Origin: TPA_inf: Saccharomyces
Lineage: Eukaryota
NCBI GenBank assembly: GCA_000146045.2
Contig: BK006944.2
Span: forward strand, 602,817 to 666,816
Length of the DNA: 64,000 bases
Direction: 5' to 3'
Below the pieces are notes generated by a model that saw nothing but the letters and a program-made list of their open reading frames with translations, made no database searches and had not been told where the DNA came from. The first letter of the stretch is position 1. Every line of letters begins with the position of its first letter. The translations under genes were made by a program, and so were the position numbers. This document shows positions 1-11,069 of the stretch, one piece after another.

Positions 1-1
1 T

Positions 2-256
2 ATTAAAAATGATCAGGAGGCCACAACTACAGGCCTCTTTGGTGAACACTATGAACATACTCTGGACAAGGTTGAAGATGATATTGATATCAATATTAGG
101 AGATGTAAGGATATGAGAGACAGTGTGATACAGGAGCTCAAAATGACCGACAATTCAAACAAAGAAGACAAAAAGCAAAAAACGAAAAAGCAAAATATAC
201 TGAACGGCAAAGAAAATTCAATGAAACCTTTCAAAAGAAGGAAGCCTTTTTTTTAG
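2..256 (+). CDS. PRP16: C-terminal fragment of an upstream gene, 5'-truncated by the window edge. The frame is open from position 2 to a TAG at 254-256 and encodes ...[31 protein letters not shown]. By position it is probably the DEAH-box splicing helicase gene located upstream of OMA1.
   Basis: The + frame 2 has no stop from the window start to 256. The ORF track missed it because the only in-frame Met leaves fewer than 60 codons. The gene name comes from remembered gene order, not from sequence homology I can verify here. Confidence 0.45.
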
Positions 257-378
257 TTTATGGGAAGAGCGTGCTAATAGGCAAAATATTCATATATGTT
301 ATTATATAGTTATATGCATGCATAAAACAAAGGGTTATTTATTGGGTACAAAAGAAAAGAGCATAACTCGTGGAGTGC

Positions 379-1416
379 TTACATTGAGAAAAAACTTTTA
401 TAATAGTTACCCATACTGCTACAATCAGATTGTTCATAAATTTCATTAGCTTTTGGCAACCATTTCGACATATTCTCTATTCTACGAGTGCTTGCTGGAT
501 GTGTACTTAGAAACTCCATATTCACAACACCCCCTCTATTCATTTGCTTTTCAAAATTTGCCATTCTTTCCCACACTTTTATTGACTCCTGTGGTTGAAA
601 ACATGCCCTTGACATTATCATCAGGCCAATGTAATCAGCTTCGGTTTCCATCTGTCTTGATGCTGGCATTCGCAAAAACCCATCCAATAGTATATTGTTG
701 ATAGCATGAGCTCCAGTAACAGTATATAACACCAAACCCAAAAGAGAATATATAGGAGCCTTCGACAAATTTTCGGCTGTGTGTCTTGCTAGCTGATGAG
801 CAAATTCGTGTGCTAAAACAGTGGCAATCCCATCATCATTAGCACAAATAGGTAAAATAGAGCTGAATATAAAGACCTTACCCCCTGGTAAAACGAATGC
901 ATTTGGTGAAGCAGTTGGATCATTGACCACATGAATTTCCCACTTGATTCCGTCCAGTAGTGAGTTGTCTACACTAGGGTCCTTATAAGCAGCTTCGACA
1001 ATTTTCATGAAAATATTCTCAATTTTGATGGACAGCGGATGCTGTGGAGGTAATATTTCCTGCTGCGTTTGTCTCCAAATTGATTTGTATGTGTAATTTC
1101 CGATAGTTAACTCTAATGGACGCGATACCCAGATGAACCTGGACCTATCGCTTACCGGTGCTTTATCCAAATGTGTATAATAAAAGAGAGAGCATCCACC
1201 AAATAATAAAGCTAAGTATTTTCTTGATGACTTATCGAGAAGAATGCTTTTAAACGATGATTTTTGGGAATACTCTCCATTATTAAATCGACGATATGAA
1301 GGACCATTGTCATAGCGGTAACATCGCGTTAACTGAACACGAAATGATACAGGTTTTAAAAATCCTCCACTGGTCCCTTTTCCAAATCCTTTGAACCTGA
1401 TGATGTTGCGTAACAT
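379..1416 (-). CDS. OMA1: Mitochondrial inner-membrane M48 metalloendopeptidase
   Basis: A 345-aa ORF with the HExxH zinc-protease motif (HEFAHQLARH) and an M48/Ste24-like fold signature. I recognise the sequence as yeast Oma1. Confidence 0.93.
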   Translation of the reverse strand: MLRNIIRFKGFGKGTSGGFLKPVSFRVQLTRCYRYDNGPSYRRFNNGEYSQKSSFKSILLDKSSRKYLALLFGGCSLFYYTHLDKAPVSDRSRFIWVSRPLELTIGNYTYKSIWRQTQQEILPPQHPLSIKIENIFMKIVEAAYKDPSVDNSLLDGIKWEIHVVNDPTASPNAFVLPGGKVFIFSSILPICANDDGIATVLAHEFAHQLARHTAENLSKAPIYSLLGLVLYTVTGAHAINNILLDGFLRMPASRQMETEADYIGLMIMSRACFQPQESIKVWERMANFEKQMNRGGVVNMEFLSTHPASTRRIENMSKWLPKANEIYEQSDCSSMGNYYKSFFSM

Positions 1417-1588
1417 TTCTTGTATTTTATCTTTCCATACCTTAACTTAGATTGGTTGATGTCGCTTCGAAAAACTGCTTTTTGTCTTTTAAGTTCTTTA
1501 TATCGGACGTAGAAAGAAGTAGAAATAGTAATTTGGGTTACCCATATAAAACCAACTTATCTAAACATATATAAACGTATACGGAGGA

Positions 1589-2602
1589 TTAGACCTCAAA
1601 AGACAATTCAGGTAGTTGATCAGTGGACACTTGACGGTCGCGGTTTTGTAGTTCTAAATATCTCTTCTTAGTCTTGAAGTATAAGAGCCATGCTGTAAGA
1701 CTTAGGATTAATAATGTGATAATAATGCTTACCAAGTCAAATACCCTAGATCCTGTAGATTCAGATTCTGCGAGACTCTTTACACGAGAACCTATAAATA
1801 GATAGATGAACAGCTTTGGTGTGGTTATTATGTTGGCAATGGAAAAGTTGCGTACCGAGATACCGTAAACACCAGCTATGGCACCATTAGTCAAAGAATA
1901 TGGGAAGGGACATAATCTCAGTAGAGCTAGAATCCAATAGCTATTGTTTTCTTGTAAAATTGAAGCCAATGCTTCAAATCTTCTATTCAAATGCACAAGC
2001 TTTTCTGCTCTTGAATGCAAGATCGTCTTGAACACAACGAAAGAGGCAATGGAACCTGTTACAGATCCCAAAGCTAGCGTAACCCATCCCTCAAAACTGA
2101 CACCATAGATCAACCCAGTAGTGGTGGATAATAAGGAGTAGCCAATCATAGGAGGAAATGCGACAAAGAATATCAGAACCATTAATATAAAATGTGTTGA
2201 CATCTTTTCTCTCAAATCGTTCGAAGTAACAACAACTTTATGTAAAATCGCATTATGGAAGACGAGCAACAATATACCCATTATCATTAGCATTATGCCG
2301 AGGAGGACAATGATAATCTGTTGCCATAAGCGTAGTGAATAAAAATAAAACTGTAATTTTTGAACATTCTTCCTGATATTATGCATCAATCTCTCTCTAG
2401 GGGACATATTATAAATGTCTAAAAAATCATCATCATTAACATTTACTTCGTCATTGAATGACAATCCAGCATTAGTACCAACCCTTTGTCCATTATTACT
2501 ATTTGGCATGATATCGTTGTCAAAGTCTTCGAAATAGCCATCAAATTCATCATCCTCCCCTTGGCCCATATTGGCATTTCCTGCTTCGTAAGACTGACTC
2601 AT
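1589..2602 (-). CDS. TVP38: Golgi membrane protein of the TVP38/DedA (SNARE-associated) family. Multi-pass TM core with an acidic N-terminus.
   Basis: The ORF 1589..2614 is 341 aa. The likely annotated start is the Met 4 codons downstream, giving 337 aa. It has a hydrophobic DedA-like core and I recognise it as yeast Tvp38. Confidence 0.85.
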   Translation of the reverse strand: MSQSYEAGNANMGQGEDDEFDGYFEDFDNDIMPNSNNGQRVGTNAGLSFNDEVNVNDDDFLDIYNMSPRERLMHNIRKNVQKLQFYFYSLRLWQQIIIVLLGIMLMIMGILLLVFHNAILHKVVVTSNDLREKMSTHFILMVLIFFVAFPPMIGYSLLSTTTGLIYGVSFEGWVTLALGSVTGSIASFVVFKTILHSRAEKLVHLNRRFEALASILQENNSYWILALLRLCPFPYSLTNGAIAGVYGISVRNFSIANIITTPKLFIYLFIGSRVKSLAESESTGSRVFDLVSIIITLLILSLTAWLLYFKTKKRYLELQNRDRQVSTDQLPELSFEV

Positions 2603-2816
2603 TTGTGTAACCAATATCTTTCTTCCACCATAATAATATTTTCAAATATGTTGAAGGTATTGTTTTAGTAAAGTGGCTTTTTTTCTTAGTGCAGCTCGAG
2701 AGAAAACAATGATTTCGATTTCCGCTTTGAAAATGATATGAATGAGAAAGGCCATTCGAATAAATACATAGATGAAAAAGAATATCTAGAGGATATATAA
2801 GCAAGCCCGTGTTTTC

Positions 2817-5549
2817 TTATTGAGTAAAACTGGTGGTGCTTTTGTGCTGCGTTGAAGAAGAAGGCCTCGATCGAAACGGTGAGCTCTTTGTAGCTTGAGA
2901 AGGGGGTCTTCCATCAATGCTATGACGCCTGAAATTGCCCGCTAAATCACTATGAATCATTGCGTCTGAATCGAAGTTACTTATCAGTCTCAATGTAGGA
3001 TGGTCTTCTTTATCCGAATCTGTGTATAATATGTTGCTACTGCTGACCCATTTTTTGTTCATATGCCTCAAGTATCTACTCTTTCGGCCAAAATGCAATT
3101 TCTTGTCTACCATGGCAGGTGTTTCAATGCTGGCAGAATGTGGGATAAGTTCATGGCTTTCCGGGTCATAGGTCTTGGCATCCATAGGAAACATTAGCCG
3201 GCCCATACTTGTTTTTTTCTGCAGAATTGGCGGTGGGTGTCCATTGATTTTGCTGGATTGCCTCAACATCCTTGATGTGGGAGAAGCAACTGAAAATGAA
3301 AAGGATTTGGCTGGTCGCCTTGAAGTTGAAATAGTATCTGATTTCCTTCTTTGGTGACGCGGATTGAGAGAAGCGGACGTAATGGAATACCGCGGTCTAA
3401 ACCCGGAAGGTGACCGCCCATATGTGCTTGCATTCTCACGTAACAATAGCAAAGAGTTTGTCGATTCTGATTCTAATAAGTTGTCATCTAAAACATTGGA
3501 AATATGATTGTCACCCTTGGTTGGAGTCCTAGTTAGCAATGTTGAATTTTCTGGGTTTTTGGACTCATCTGACGTTTGCTCTGGAGCTTTAATTAATCCA
3601 ATGACTGAATCAGCAAATTGGAAGGGGGTTTTTAAAGAGGAGGTGACAATCATCCTACCTTTGATATAAGAAATCGCCTTATCCAGAGCAAATTCCTGGC
3701 CACAGTGATTTTGAATAATGGAAACCTTGGGCCACGTAGCTTTTGCACCATTGGTGATTTCCCTTAATAAAAATTCTTTTGTTGGGTTTGACAACAGCTC
3801 CTTTATTCTAAAAAGCATACACATGTCGGGCAAAATAGTGATGTCACCAGAATATTGTTGAGATAATACCGATCTCAGTTTTGTAAGCGCGTTTTTGGCA
3901 ATTCCCATCTCACTTCCAATTTCTAGAATATGAATAGCTTCATTGGCCATAAAATTGTATATACTTGATAAGTTTTGCTTTAATCTTGCACTAAATTCGT
4001 CCTCAATTTCCCCGCCAACACAGGATAGTGATAGTTTCAAAAAGGGAAATACGTGAATATTCACCTGGCATGCGATAATATGGTCTACATTAAACATTTC
4101 AGAAAGACGAGAAATGGGCAAGTCATTGTCCACAGAACCATCGACAAATTTGACCGAACTACTACCAGTCCATGGTTTCCTTTCTCCCGTTTTTGGATCT
4201 TTTTCGTAAAGTGGGCTCGAGGGGAAAATTCCCGGTAGTGAACATGATGCACATACGGCGGACCAAATCAGGACGTTTGGTGCAGTCAAATTATTCAGCA
4301 AGCGCGGTTGTTCAAATAAAGATGCCGGCGAAACGGTTATATTCAAAATTTTACCCGTTCTATTGTAAGCTTCCCTAAATGTCAAATCTCCCAAAAATTC
4401 TATCATTGTATTTACCAGATGCTTGTTATCAAACCACGTACCGTTTTTGAAGAACCTAGATATTTTTATTAACAAATTCTCGCTTTCACTTTTCTGTTTA
4501 TCGTCTTTGAAAATGTTGAATTCTTTATCCAAAATATGATTTAGTAAAACCGGAATTTCTTCTTTGTGATGGACAGATAATATGCTTGCTACAATTGCAC
4601 CAGCACTGCTACCACTAATCACTCTGGGTAATAAATCCAATTCAAATAGAGTACCAAGGACACCGATGTGGAAAAGACCAAAAGTTCCACCCCCACTGAG
4701 AACTAAAGCGGTACGACCAATATTTCTTCTCGTTTGTTGCAGTATACCCAAAAGGTAACTATCATCAAGATCAGACTCCATTAAAGATTCTAGCGCTAAC
4801 CTAGACTCCATCATATACTCGTCAATTAAATATTTGGTGCCTACATGGGAGTGCCTATATAGGTTTACATTCCCCATATTTCCCAGGTTTCGTACCCAAT
4901 TCGTCCTAATGATGTACAACAATTGAGCGTAATTCCTATTCAAGCGCTCCTCACGCATTCTAGATGTTAAATCTTTTATTAGCTTGTAATCATACAAGGG
5001 ACTTTCCAATTTCTGCTTCCATTCTGTTTTCCCAGTGAGGTCATCCAATCTGGCGCCCGCAGAACACCATTCTTCAAATGACATCGCATGTTGCTTTTGT
5101 GAACAGACTTTGTCAATAAGAATGTCTCTTTCATAGTTTCCCACAAAAACGTTGTAAAGAAATGATTTGCATTTACTGGCTAAAGATGACCCTTGCCTTT
5201 CATCTTCGCCTTCGTCTGTCTCAACCATCTCGATATCATTATTTTCATTTTCTGTTACTGTCTCTTGGTCATCGTCAAGTTTATCCTCGTTTCCAGTATC
5301 CAGGTTGAAATTTACTTTGTTCGTAGTTTTGTTCTTGCCAGTTTGCAGTCTTTTACCAGCATCCTCCTCCACCCTTTCAACATCTGAATTATCCTTACTG
5401 GGCCTAATAAACTTGTTCTTCGGATTTAAAATAGGAATTATGTTCTGGGAAGTGCCCAGGATCTGTTCGTAATATTTTTCGATTAGTTGTTGCGTAACAA
5501 GGAGGGGCTTATTTTGTGTAGATGTAAGATCTGATATTTTGCTGCTCAT
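2817..5549 (-). CDS. TGL4: Patatin-domain triacylglycerol lipase
   Basis: A 910-aa ORF. The patatin glycine-rich oxyanion motif (GGGTFGLFHIGVLGT) and the GXSXG lipase nucleophile (GSSAG) are both present. The Ser/Pro-rich C-terminal tail carries Cdk-site-like SP/TP motifs. Confidence 0.93.
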   Translation of the reverse strand: MSSKISDLTSTQNKPLLVTQQLIEKYYEQILGTSQNIIPILNPKNKFIRPSKDNSDVERVEEDAGKRLQTGKNKTTNKVNFNLDTGNEDKLDDDQETVTENENNDIEMVETDEGEDERQGSSLASKCKSFLYNVFVGNYERDILIDKVCSQKQHAMSFEEWCSAGARLDDLTGKTEWKQKLESPLYDYKLIKDLTSRMREERLNRNYAQLLYIIRTNWVRNLGNMGNVNLYRHSHVGTKYLIDEYMMESRLALESLMESDLDDSYLLGILQQTRRNIGRTALVLSGGGTFGLFHIGVLGTLFELDLLPRVISGSSAGAIVASILSVHHKEEIPVLLNHILDKEFNIFKDDKQKSESENLLIKISRFFKNGTWFDNKHLVNTMIEFLGDLTFREAYNRTGKILNITVSPASLFEQPRLLNNLTAPNVLIWSAVCASCSLPGIFPSSPLYEKDPKTGERKPWTGSSSVKFVDGSVDNDLPISRLSEMFNVDHIIACQVNIHVFPFLKLSLSCVGGEIEDEFSARLKQNLSSIYNFMANEAIHILEIGSEMGIAKNALTKLRSVLSQQYSGDITILPDMCMLFRIKELLSNPTKEFLLREITNGAKATWPKVSIIQNHCGQEFALDKAISYIKGRMIVTSSLKTPFQFADSVIGLIKAPEQTSDESKNPENSTLLTRTPTKGDNHISNVLDDNLLESESTNSLLLLRENASTYGRSPSGFRPRYSITSASLNPRHQRRKSDTISTSRRPAKSFSFSVASPTSRMLRQSSKINGHPPPILQKKTSMGRLMFPMDAKTYDPESHELIPHSASIETPAMVDKKLHFGRKSRYLRHMNKKWVSSSNILYTDSDKEDHPTLRLISNFDSDAMIHSDLAGNFRRHSIDGRPPSQATKSSPFRSRPSSSTQHKSTTSFTQ

Positions 5550-6129
5550 TCAGACTTTTATTACATATACCTGTACTCCCTTCAATAATTATTACAGCGC
5601 TAATTTTTTTGATCAAATACTTGAATACAGGCCTCTTTTACGAGTACAATAATGACATAATGACAATTTGAATCAACCATACTTTATAATTGTGGTTTAG
5701 CGTTTCATAGTCGCAATTATCGTATAAGAGGGGTAATATGTCAGCCCTAGTTTACCCTACTTTTTTTAAACCCCTTAAGATCTTTTTTCCTTTTTTCTAA
5801 TATTTAACCTACTAATATTGGTAAGTAAACCTAATGACTTTTTGAAGCGCCTAGCCCTATTTCTTTCGAAATTTTCAATTCGCGTCCTTTTTCAATTCCA
5901 TGAATAATAGGAAACATGAAAAAATAAGTAAATAATAATAATAGAAAAGCTGGAGTGTTGCAAATTTAAGAGGTAGCCTTAAAATATATTTCTGCTGTGT
6001 TGAATATTTAATTTATACAGCTAGAATAGGATATTATAGCCGAATTTTTTTCAAGCTTCTTCAAAGCTTATAGTGAATAACGTAAGGGGAAAAACAAGAA
6101 TAAATTTAGCAAAAGAAACGCTCAAGTCA

Positions 6130-8250
6130 ATGTATAACTCAATCTACGGGTCCCCCTTCCCTAAAATAAATCCGAAGGTCCGCTACAAAACTGCTCTAGA
6201 AAGAGCAGGGTTTGACACTAAGCCGCGTAATCCGTTCAGTAGTCAGAGGAATGCTTCCACTGGAAGTTTACAAGCTTCCGTGAAGTCGCCGCCAATAACC
6301 CGTCAAAGAAATGTATCTGCCGCCCCATCTGTTCCGGTCACGATGAAGAGTGCGTATACGGCGTCTTCAAAGAGTGCTTATTCATCTGTAAAGGGCGAGT
6401 CTGACATTTATCCGCCTCCCGTATTGGAGAATAGCGAGAGGCGGAGTGTAACTCCTCCAAAGAATAGCAATTTTACGTCTTCGAGACCCAGTGACATATC
6501 TCGTTCTATTTCCAGGCCCAGCGAGCGTGCTTCGCAAGAGGATCCCTTCCGTTTTGAACGCGACTTAGACCGTCAGGCGGAACAATATGCTGCCTCTAGG
6601 CATACATGTAAATCACCTGCTAACAAGGAATTCCAAGCCGCAGATAACTTCCCCTTCAACTTCGAACAAGAAGATGCTGGTAATACTGAAAGGGAACAAG
6701 ATTTGAGCCCTATTGAAAGAAGTTTCATGATGCTGACTCAAAATGACACTGCAAGCGTTGTAAATTCTATGAACCAAACCGATAACAGAGGTGTGCTCGA
6801 CCAAAAACTCGGAAAAGAACAGCAAAAAGAGGAAAGTTCAATCGAATATGAAAGTGAAGGACAGCAGGAGGATGAGAATGATATTGAAAGCCTAAATTTT
6901 GAACCAGATCCTAAACTACAGATGAATCTTGAAAATGAACCACTTCAAGATGATTTTCCAGAAGCAAAACAAGAGGAAAAGAATACAGAACCTAAAATTC
7001 CGGAAATTAATGTTACGAGGGAAAGTAATACACCATCTTTAACCATGAACGCACTAGACTCTAAAATATATCCTGATGATAACTTTTCTGGCCTGGAATC
7101 TTCAAAGGAACAGAAATCACCTGGTGTGTCATCATCGTCAACAAAAGTTGAAGATTTAAGTCTTGATGGGTTAAATGAGAAACGTCTTTCAATAACTTCT
7201 TCAGAAAACGTGGAAACACCATACACTGCTACGAACCTCCAAGTCGAACAATTGATTGCTCAATTAGACGATGTTTCCCTATCTAGAAATGCAAAGCTCG
7301 ATATGAACGGCAATTGCCTCAACGCAGTGGACAGAAAGGCTTCTAGATTCAAAAAGTCAAGCGCATATTTATCTGGGTATCCCAGCATGGATATACCCGT
7401 AACGCAGCAAACATCAATTGTGCAAAACAGCAATACGAACTTATCCAGACAAACTATTCTGGTAGATAAAGGCGATGTCGATGAAGACGCGCCATCTGAA
7501 TCTACAACTAATGGTGGCACACCCATTTTTTACAAGTTTAAACAGTCGAACGTAGAATACTCCAATAATGAAGGGATGGGTTCGCAAGAAACTTTCAGAA
7601 CGAAACTTCCCACAATTGAAGCACTACAACTGCAGCATAAGCGCAACATAACAGATCTGAGAGAAGAAATTGATAATTCCAAATCTAATGACTCTCATGT
7701 ATTACCTAACGGCGGCACTACGAGATACAGCTCTGATGCAGATTATAAAGAAACGGAGCCCATTGAGTTTAAATATCCGCCTGGGGAGGGACCTTGCAGA
7801 GCATGCGGCTTGGAAGTCACAGGGAAAAGAATGTTTTCCAAAAAGGAAAACGAACTGTCGGGTCAATGGCATCGTGAATGTTTTAAATGCATTGAATGTG
7901 GTATCAAATTCAATAAACATGTTCCCTGTTATATTCTAGGCGATGAACCATATTGTCAAAAGCACTATCACGAGGAGAATCACAGTATTTGTAAGGTTTG
8001 TTCAAATTTCATAGAGGGTGAATGTCTGGAAAATGATAAGGTGGAACGATTCCACGTGGATTGTCTAAACTGTTTCTTATGCAAGACTGCCATTACTAAT
8101 GATTATTATATATTCAATGGGGAAATTCCATTGTGCGGTAATCACGACATGGAAGCTCTCTTGAAGGAAGGTATCGACAATGCTACATCAAGCAATGATA
8201 AGAACAATACTCTCTCTAAAAGGAGAACGAGGCTCATCAACTTCAACTAG
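6130..8250 (+). CDS. PXL1: Paxillin-like protein with C-terminal LIM domains
   Basis: The C-terminus contains tandem LIM zinc-finger spacing (CRACG...HRECFKCIECG...CYILGDEPYCQKHYH...CKVCSNFIEGEC...HVDCLNCFLC). The N-terminus is disordered and S/T/P/E-rich. The ORF extends 19 codons upstream to an ATG at 6073. The start chosen here is the Met that gives 706 aa. Confidence 0.88.
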   Translation: MYNSIYGSPFPKINPKVRYKTALERAGFDTKPRNPFSSQRNASTGSLQASVKSPPITRQRNVSAAPSVPVTMKSAYTASSKSAYSSVKGESDIYPPPVLENSERRSVTPPKNSNFTSSRPSDISRSISRPSERASQEDPFRFERDLDRQAEQYAASRHTCKSPANKEFQAADNFPFNFEQEDAGNTEREQDLSPIERSFMMLTQNDTASVVNSMNQTDNRGVLDQKLGKEQQKEESSIEYESEGQQEDENDIESLNFEPDPKLQMNLENEPLQDDFPEAKQEEKNTEPKIPEINVTRESNTPSLTMNALDSKIYPDDNFSGLESSKEQKSPGVSSSSTKVEDLSLDGLNEKRLSITSSENVETPYTATNLQVEQLIAQLDDVSLSRNAKLDMNGNCLNAVDRKASRFKKSSAYLSGYPSMDIPVTQQTSIVQNSNTNLSRQTILVDKGDVDEDAPSESTTNGGTPIFYKFKQSNVEYSNNEGMGSQETFRTKLPTIEALQLQHKRNITDLREEIDNSKSNDSHVLPNGGTTRYSSDADYKETEPIEFKYPPGEGPCRACGLEVTGKRMFSKKENELSGQWHRECFKCIECGIKFNKHVPCYILGDEPYCQKHYHEENHSICKVCSNFIEGECLENDKVERFHVDCLNCFLCKTAITNDYYIFNGEIPLCGNHDMEALLKEGIDNATSSNDKNNTLSKRRTRLINFN

Positions 8251-8708
8251 CATCACTACCCATTTGTCTTTCCTAGCACACATGTTTCATAACATTCTTA
8301 ATAAGATTTTGATTTTTTATATTATTAGCCAGCCTTGTTCATTTATAAATTGTATAGCGCAGGAAAAAGGCATCTGCCTATCTATGGTATCAACAACATT
8401 AGTCGTCATTAGTTAGTTAGTTATAAAGACATCATTCACTCATATTCACTACGTTGTCTTCTTCTCAACAACTACCTCTAACTGTTTTTTTACGCGTCAT
8501 TTAATTGTAGCGAATTTCTATTTTTGGACATTCTCGTACCGGTGCATTAAAGGCTAAAAGCTAAAAAGGGAACAGGAGCCTAAGAATAGAGAATAAGGAA
8601 ATTTATTTAAGGAAAGGCTAAGCAATGAAATGTTTCGTTATTTTATTGTATTTTCAAGAGGATGGAAGAAGAACCTGAGCACAAACGGATAAATAATAGA
8701 CGAATATA

Positions 8709-9449
8709 ATGTTTCTTAAGACACCTAATTGGGAAACGGTAAATGAGACTCCCAAATCGAGAGTCTTAACGATAAACGAATTGATCTCTCCCAACCTGGA
8801 TACTGAATCTAACAGCCTTCTGGCGACGCCGGCAAGGAAATATTTCAAAACTTCAATAAGTGAAGCGCAAGATTCTCCTACATCTGCCCCTTCGCCCGAT
8901 GGCAATGAGGATCCCACATATCAATACAACGTACAATTTCATTTTCCAGGACCAATAACACCTACAACACCCAGGTCTAAGAATGCAGAAATGTTTCCAT
9001 CCCCCACGCCCCCATTGGTTTCTCCCACAGCGGTTATCGAGGAAGAGAATGACGATTCCGTACGGGAGTTTTCACGCACGCTAAAATCAAGACTCAACTG
9101 CGCAATGGTTAAGCTATCAAAGGAACATGAGCAAGTAGCTTTGATTCCTCCACCTCCGACGGAAAAGATACGAAAGGGCTCTTATAGTAATAAATTTGCC
9201 GCTAAGCATAGGCGCTGTCACTCGTTAGATGAATCCAAAAAGTTTCTGAGTTCTCTGGAAGATTCATCCGCTCATGCAGCGTTCTTGAAGGCAATTTCGT
9301 CCAAACATGCCAAAAGCAATAGGGTAGACAACGTTAACGTTTCGCCGTTACGTTGGTCATCTCATAGAAGAACGCAAAGTACACAGGAGAATTCTTTACA
9401 AGAAGTTGTTGCTATCGATACATTATTGAAGATGTCCTCATCGGACTGA
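8709..9449 (+). CDS. SRL3: Small Ser/Pro-rich protein (suppressor of rad53 lethality family)
   Basis: A 246-aa ORF with S/T/P-rich low complexity. I recognise it as Srl3/Whi5-like. It sits in the position expected between PXL1 and SRP40. Confidence 0.8.
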   Translation: MFLKTPNWETVNETPKSRVLTINELISPNLDTESNSLLATPARKYFKTSISEAQDSPTSAPSPDGNEDPTYQYNVQFHFPGPITPTTPRSKNAEMFPSPTPPLVSPTAVIEEENDDSVREFSRTLKSRLNCAMVKLSKEHEQVALIPPPPTEKIRKGSYSNKFAAKHRRCHSLDESKKFLSSLEDSSAHAAFLKAISSKHAKSNRVDNVNVSPLRWSSHRRTQSTQENSLQEVVAIDTLLKMSSSD

Positions 9450-9848
9450 ACTAATGATTCGGGTTTCGCATATATACATGGCTTTGGCTACTTTTAGGTT
9501 TATAGTTCTTGCTGTTTATATCACTAATATTTAGTATATAGCTGCGAAGAAAGAAAAAGAAAATATTCACCTCTAGGAGCCAAAAACATAAAAAAAAAAA
9601 TAATTAAAAAAAACTTTTATTGAATGCTTAATTATTTAGTGACGCGATTACCTATATACCAGGTTATTTATTTTTTCTTTTTTCAAAGGAAAACAATACA
9701 AAATATTACTGTTACCATTTTTGTTACTATTATTATTGTCTTTATTACTATTATTTTTCTATCGTTGCTATAATTACAATTTGTTTACTCTACAACTTAA
9801 AAGGAGATTACTCCAGACAACGAGTTTTGTTTTATGTTTCCTATTCTT

Positions 9849-10874
9849 TTAATCTTGGAATTTGTATGAACCACTTTCTAATGTAATGGATCCACCTCTG
9901 TAAGAACCTCTCTTCATTTTATTTTTGTTCTTCGTGAAATCTTTACCTCTTACTCTACCTAATTTTTCATTTGCCTTTTCACCCCATGTTCCAGCCGCGC
10001 CTTTGTAGGTGTTGTCTGTCAACTCCCAAGCTTCGAAATTAATCTTCGATCTATCTACTCTGGAAAAATGCTTTCTTTGGCCCTCTTTGATCTCGTCGGT
10101 TCCAGCAGGAATGTTCAATTTATTGGCGCTTGATGAACTGGAAGCAGATGGAGTTGATTCGTTAGATGAGGCAGGCGTTTCTTCGGCCTTGGATTCGTCT
10201 GCAGTTGCTTCTTTTGTTTCCAATTCAGAGCTAGAACCAGAGTCTGAGTCGGAATCCGAATCGGAGGAATCAGAAGATGTAGATTCGTCGGAACTTGAAT
10301 CAGACGAGCTTGAAGAATCGGACGAGCCTGAAGAGTCTGAGTCCGAGCTTGAGTCGGAATCCGAATCTGAATCCGAGGAAGAGCTGCTAGAGCTGGAGCT
10401 AGAGTCGGAGTCAGATGAAGAGTCGCTGGAGCTGGAGTCGGAGTCAGACGAAGAGTCGCTAGAGCTGGAGCTAGAACTTGATTGAGAATCTGATTCAGAA
10501 TCTGATTCGGAATCAGAAGAACTACTTGAGCTAGAACTTGAGTCAGAATCAGATTCCGAACCTGATTCTGATTCTGAAGATGACGATGACCCGCTAGAGC
10601 TTGACTCCGATGAGGAAGAGCTTTCTGGTTCAGTTTTAGCCTTTTTAGTCTCCTTAGCATCTTCGTTGTCTGATTCTCTTGCTCTTTTCTTGGTTTCATC
10701 TTCTGATTCGGATTCCGAAGAAGATTCGTCAGAACTAGAGCTAGAGGAAGAAGAAGATCCACTGGAGCTAGAGTCGGATTCACTAGAAGATTCAGAGTCA
10801 CTGGAACTTGAGCTTGAGCTAGAAGAAGAAGATGATGATGAGCTAGATTCAGAGTCACTGCTGTCACTGCTGTC

Positions 10875-10911
<37 letters not shown>

Positions 10912-11069
10912 GAAGATTCGCCGCTAGAACTGGACGAGGAAGATGAAGAAGAAGAGGAGGAGGAGGAGGAGGAGGAGGAGGAAGAAGAAGAAGAAGATTT
11001 CTCTTCAATCTCCTTCTCCTTAACACTTAATTTTGGCACTTCGTCAACTTTAATTTTCTTGGAAGCCAT
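9849..11069 (-). CDS. SRP40: Nucleolar serine-rich acidic protein (Nopp140-like)
   Basis: A 406-aa ORF that is largely poly-Ser interrupted by D/E (SSSSSS...DSSDSSDSESS). The conserved C-terminal SRP40 domain is present (ELTDNTYKGAAGTWGEKANEKL...GSYRGGSITLESGSYKFQD). Confidence 0.92.
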
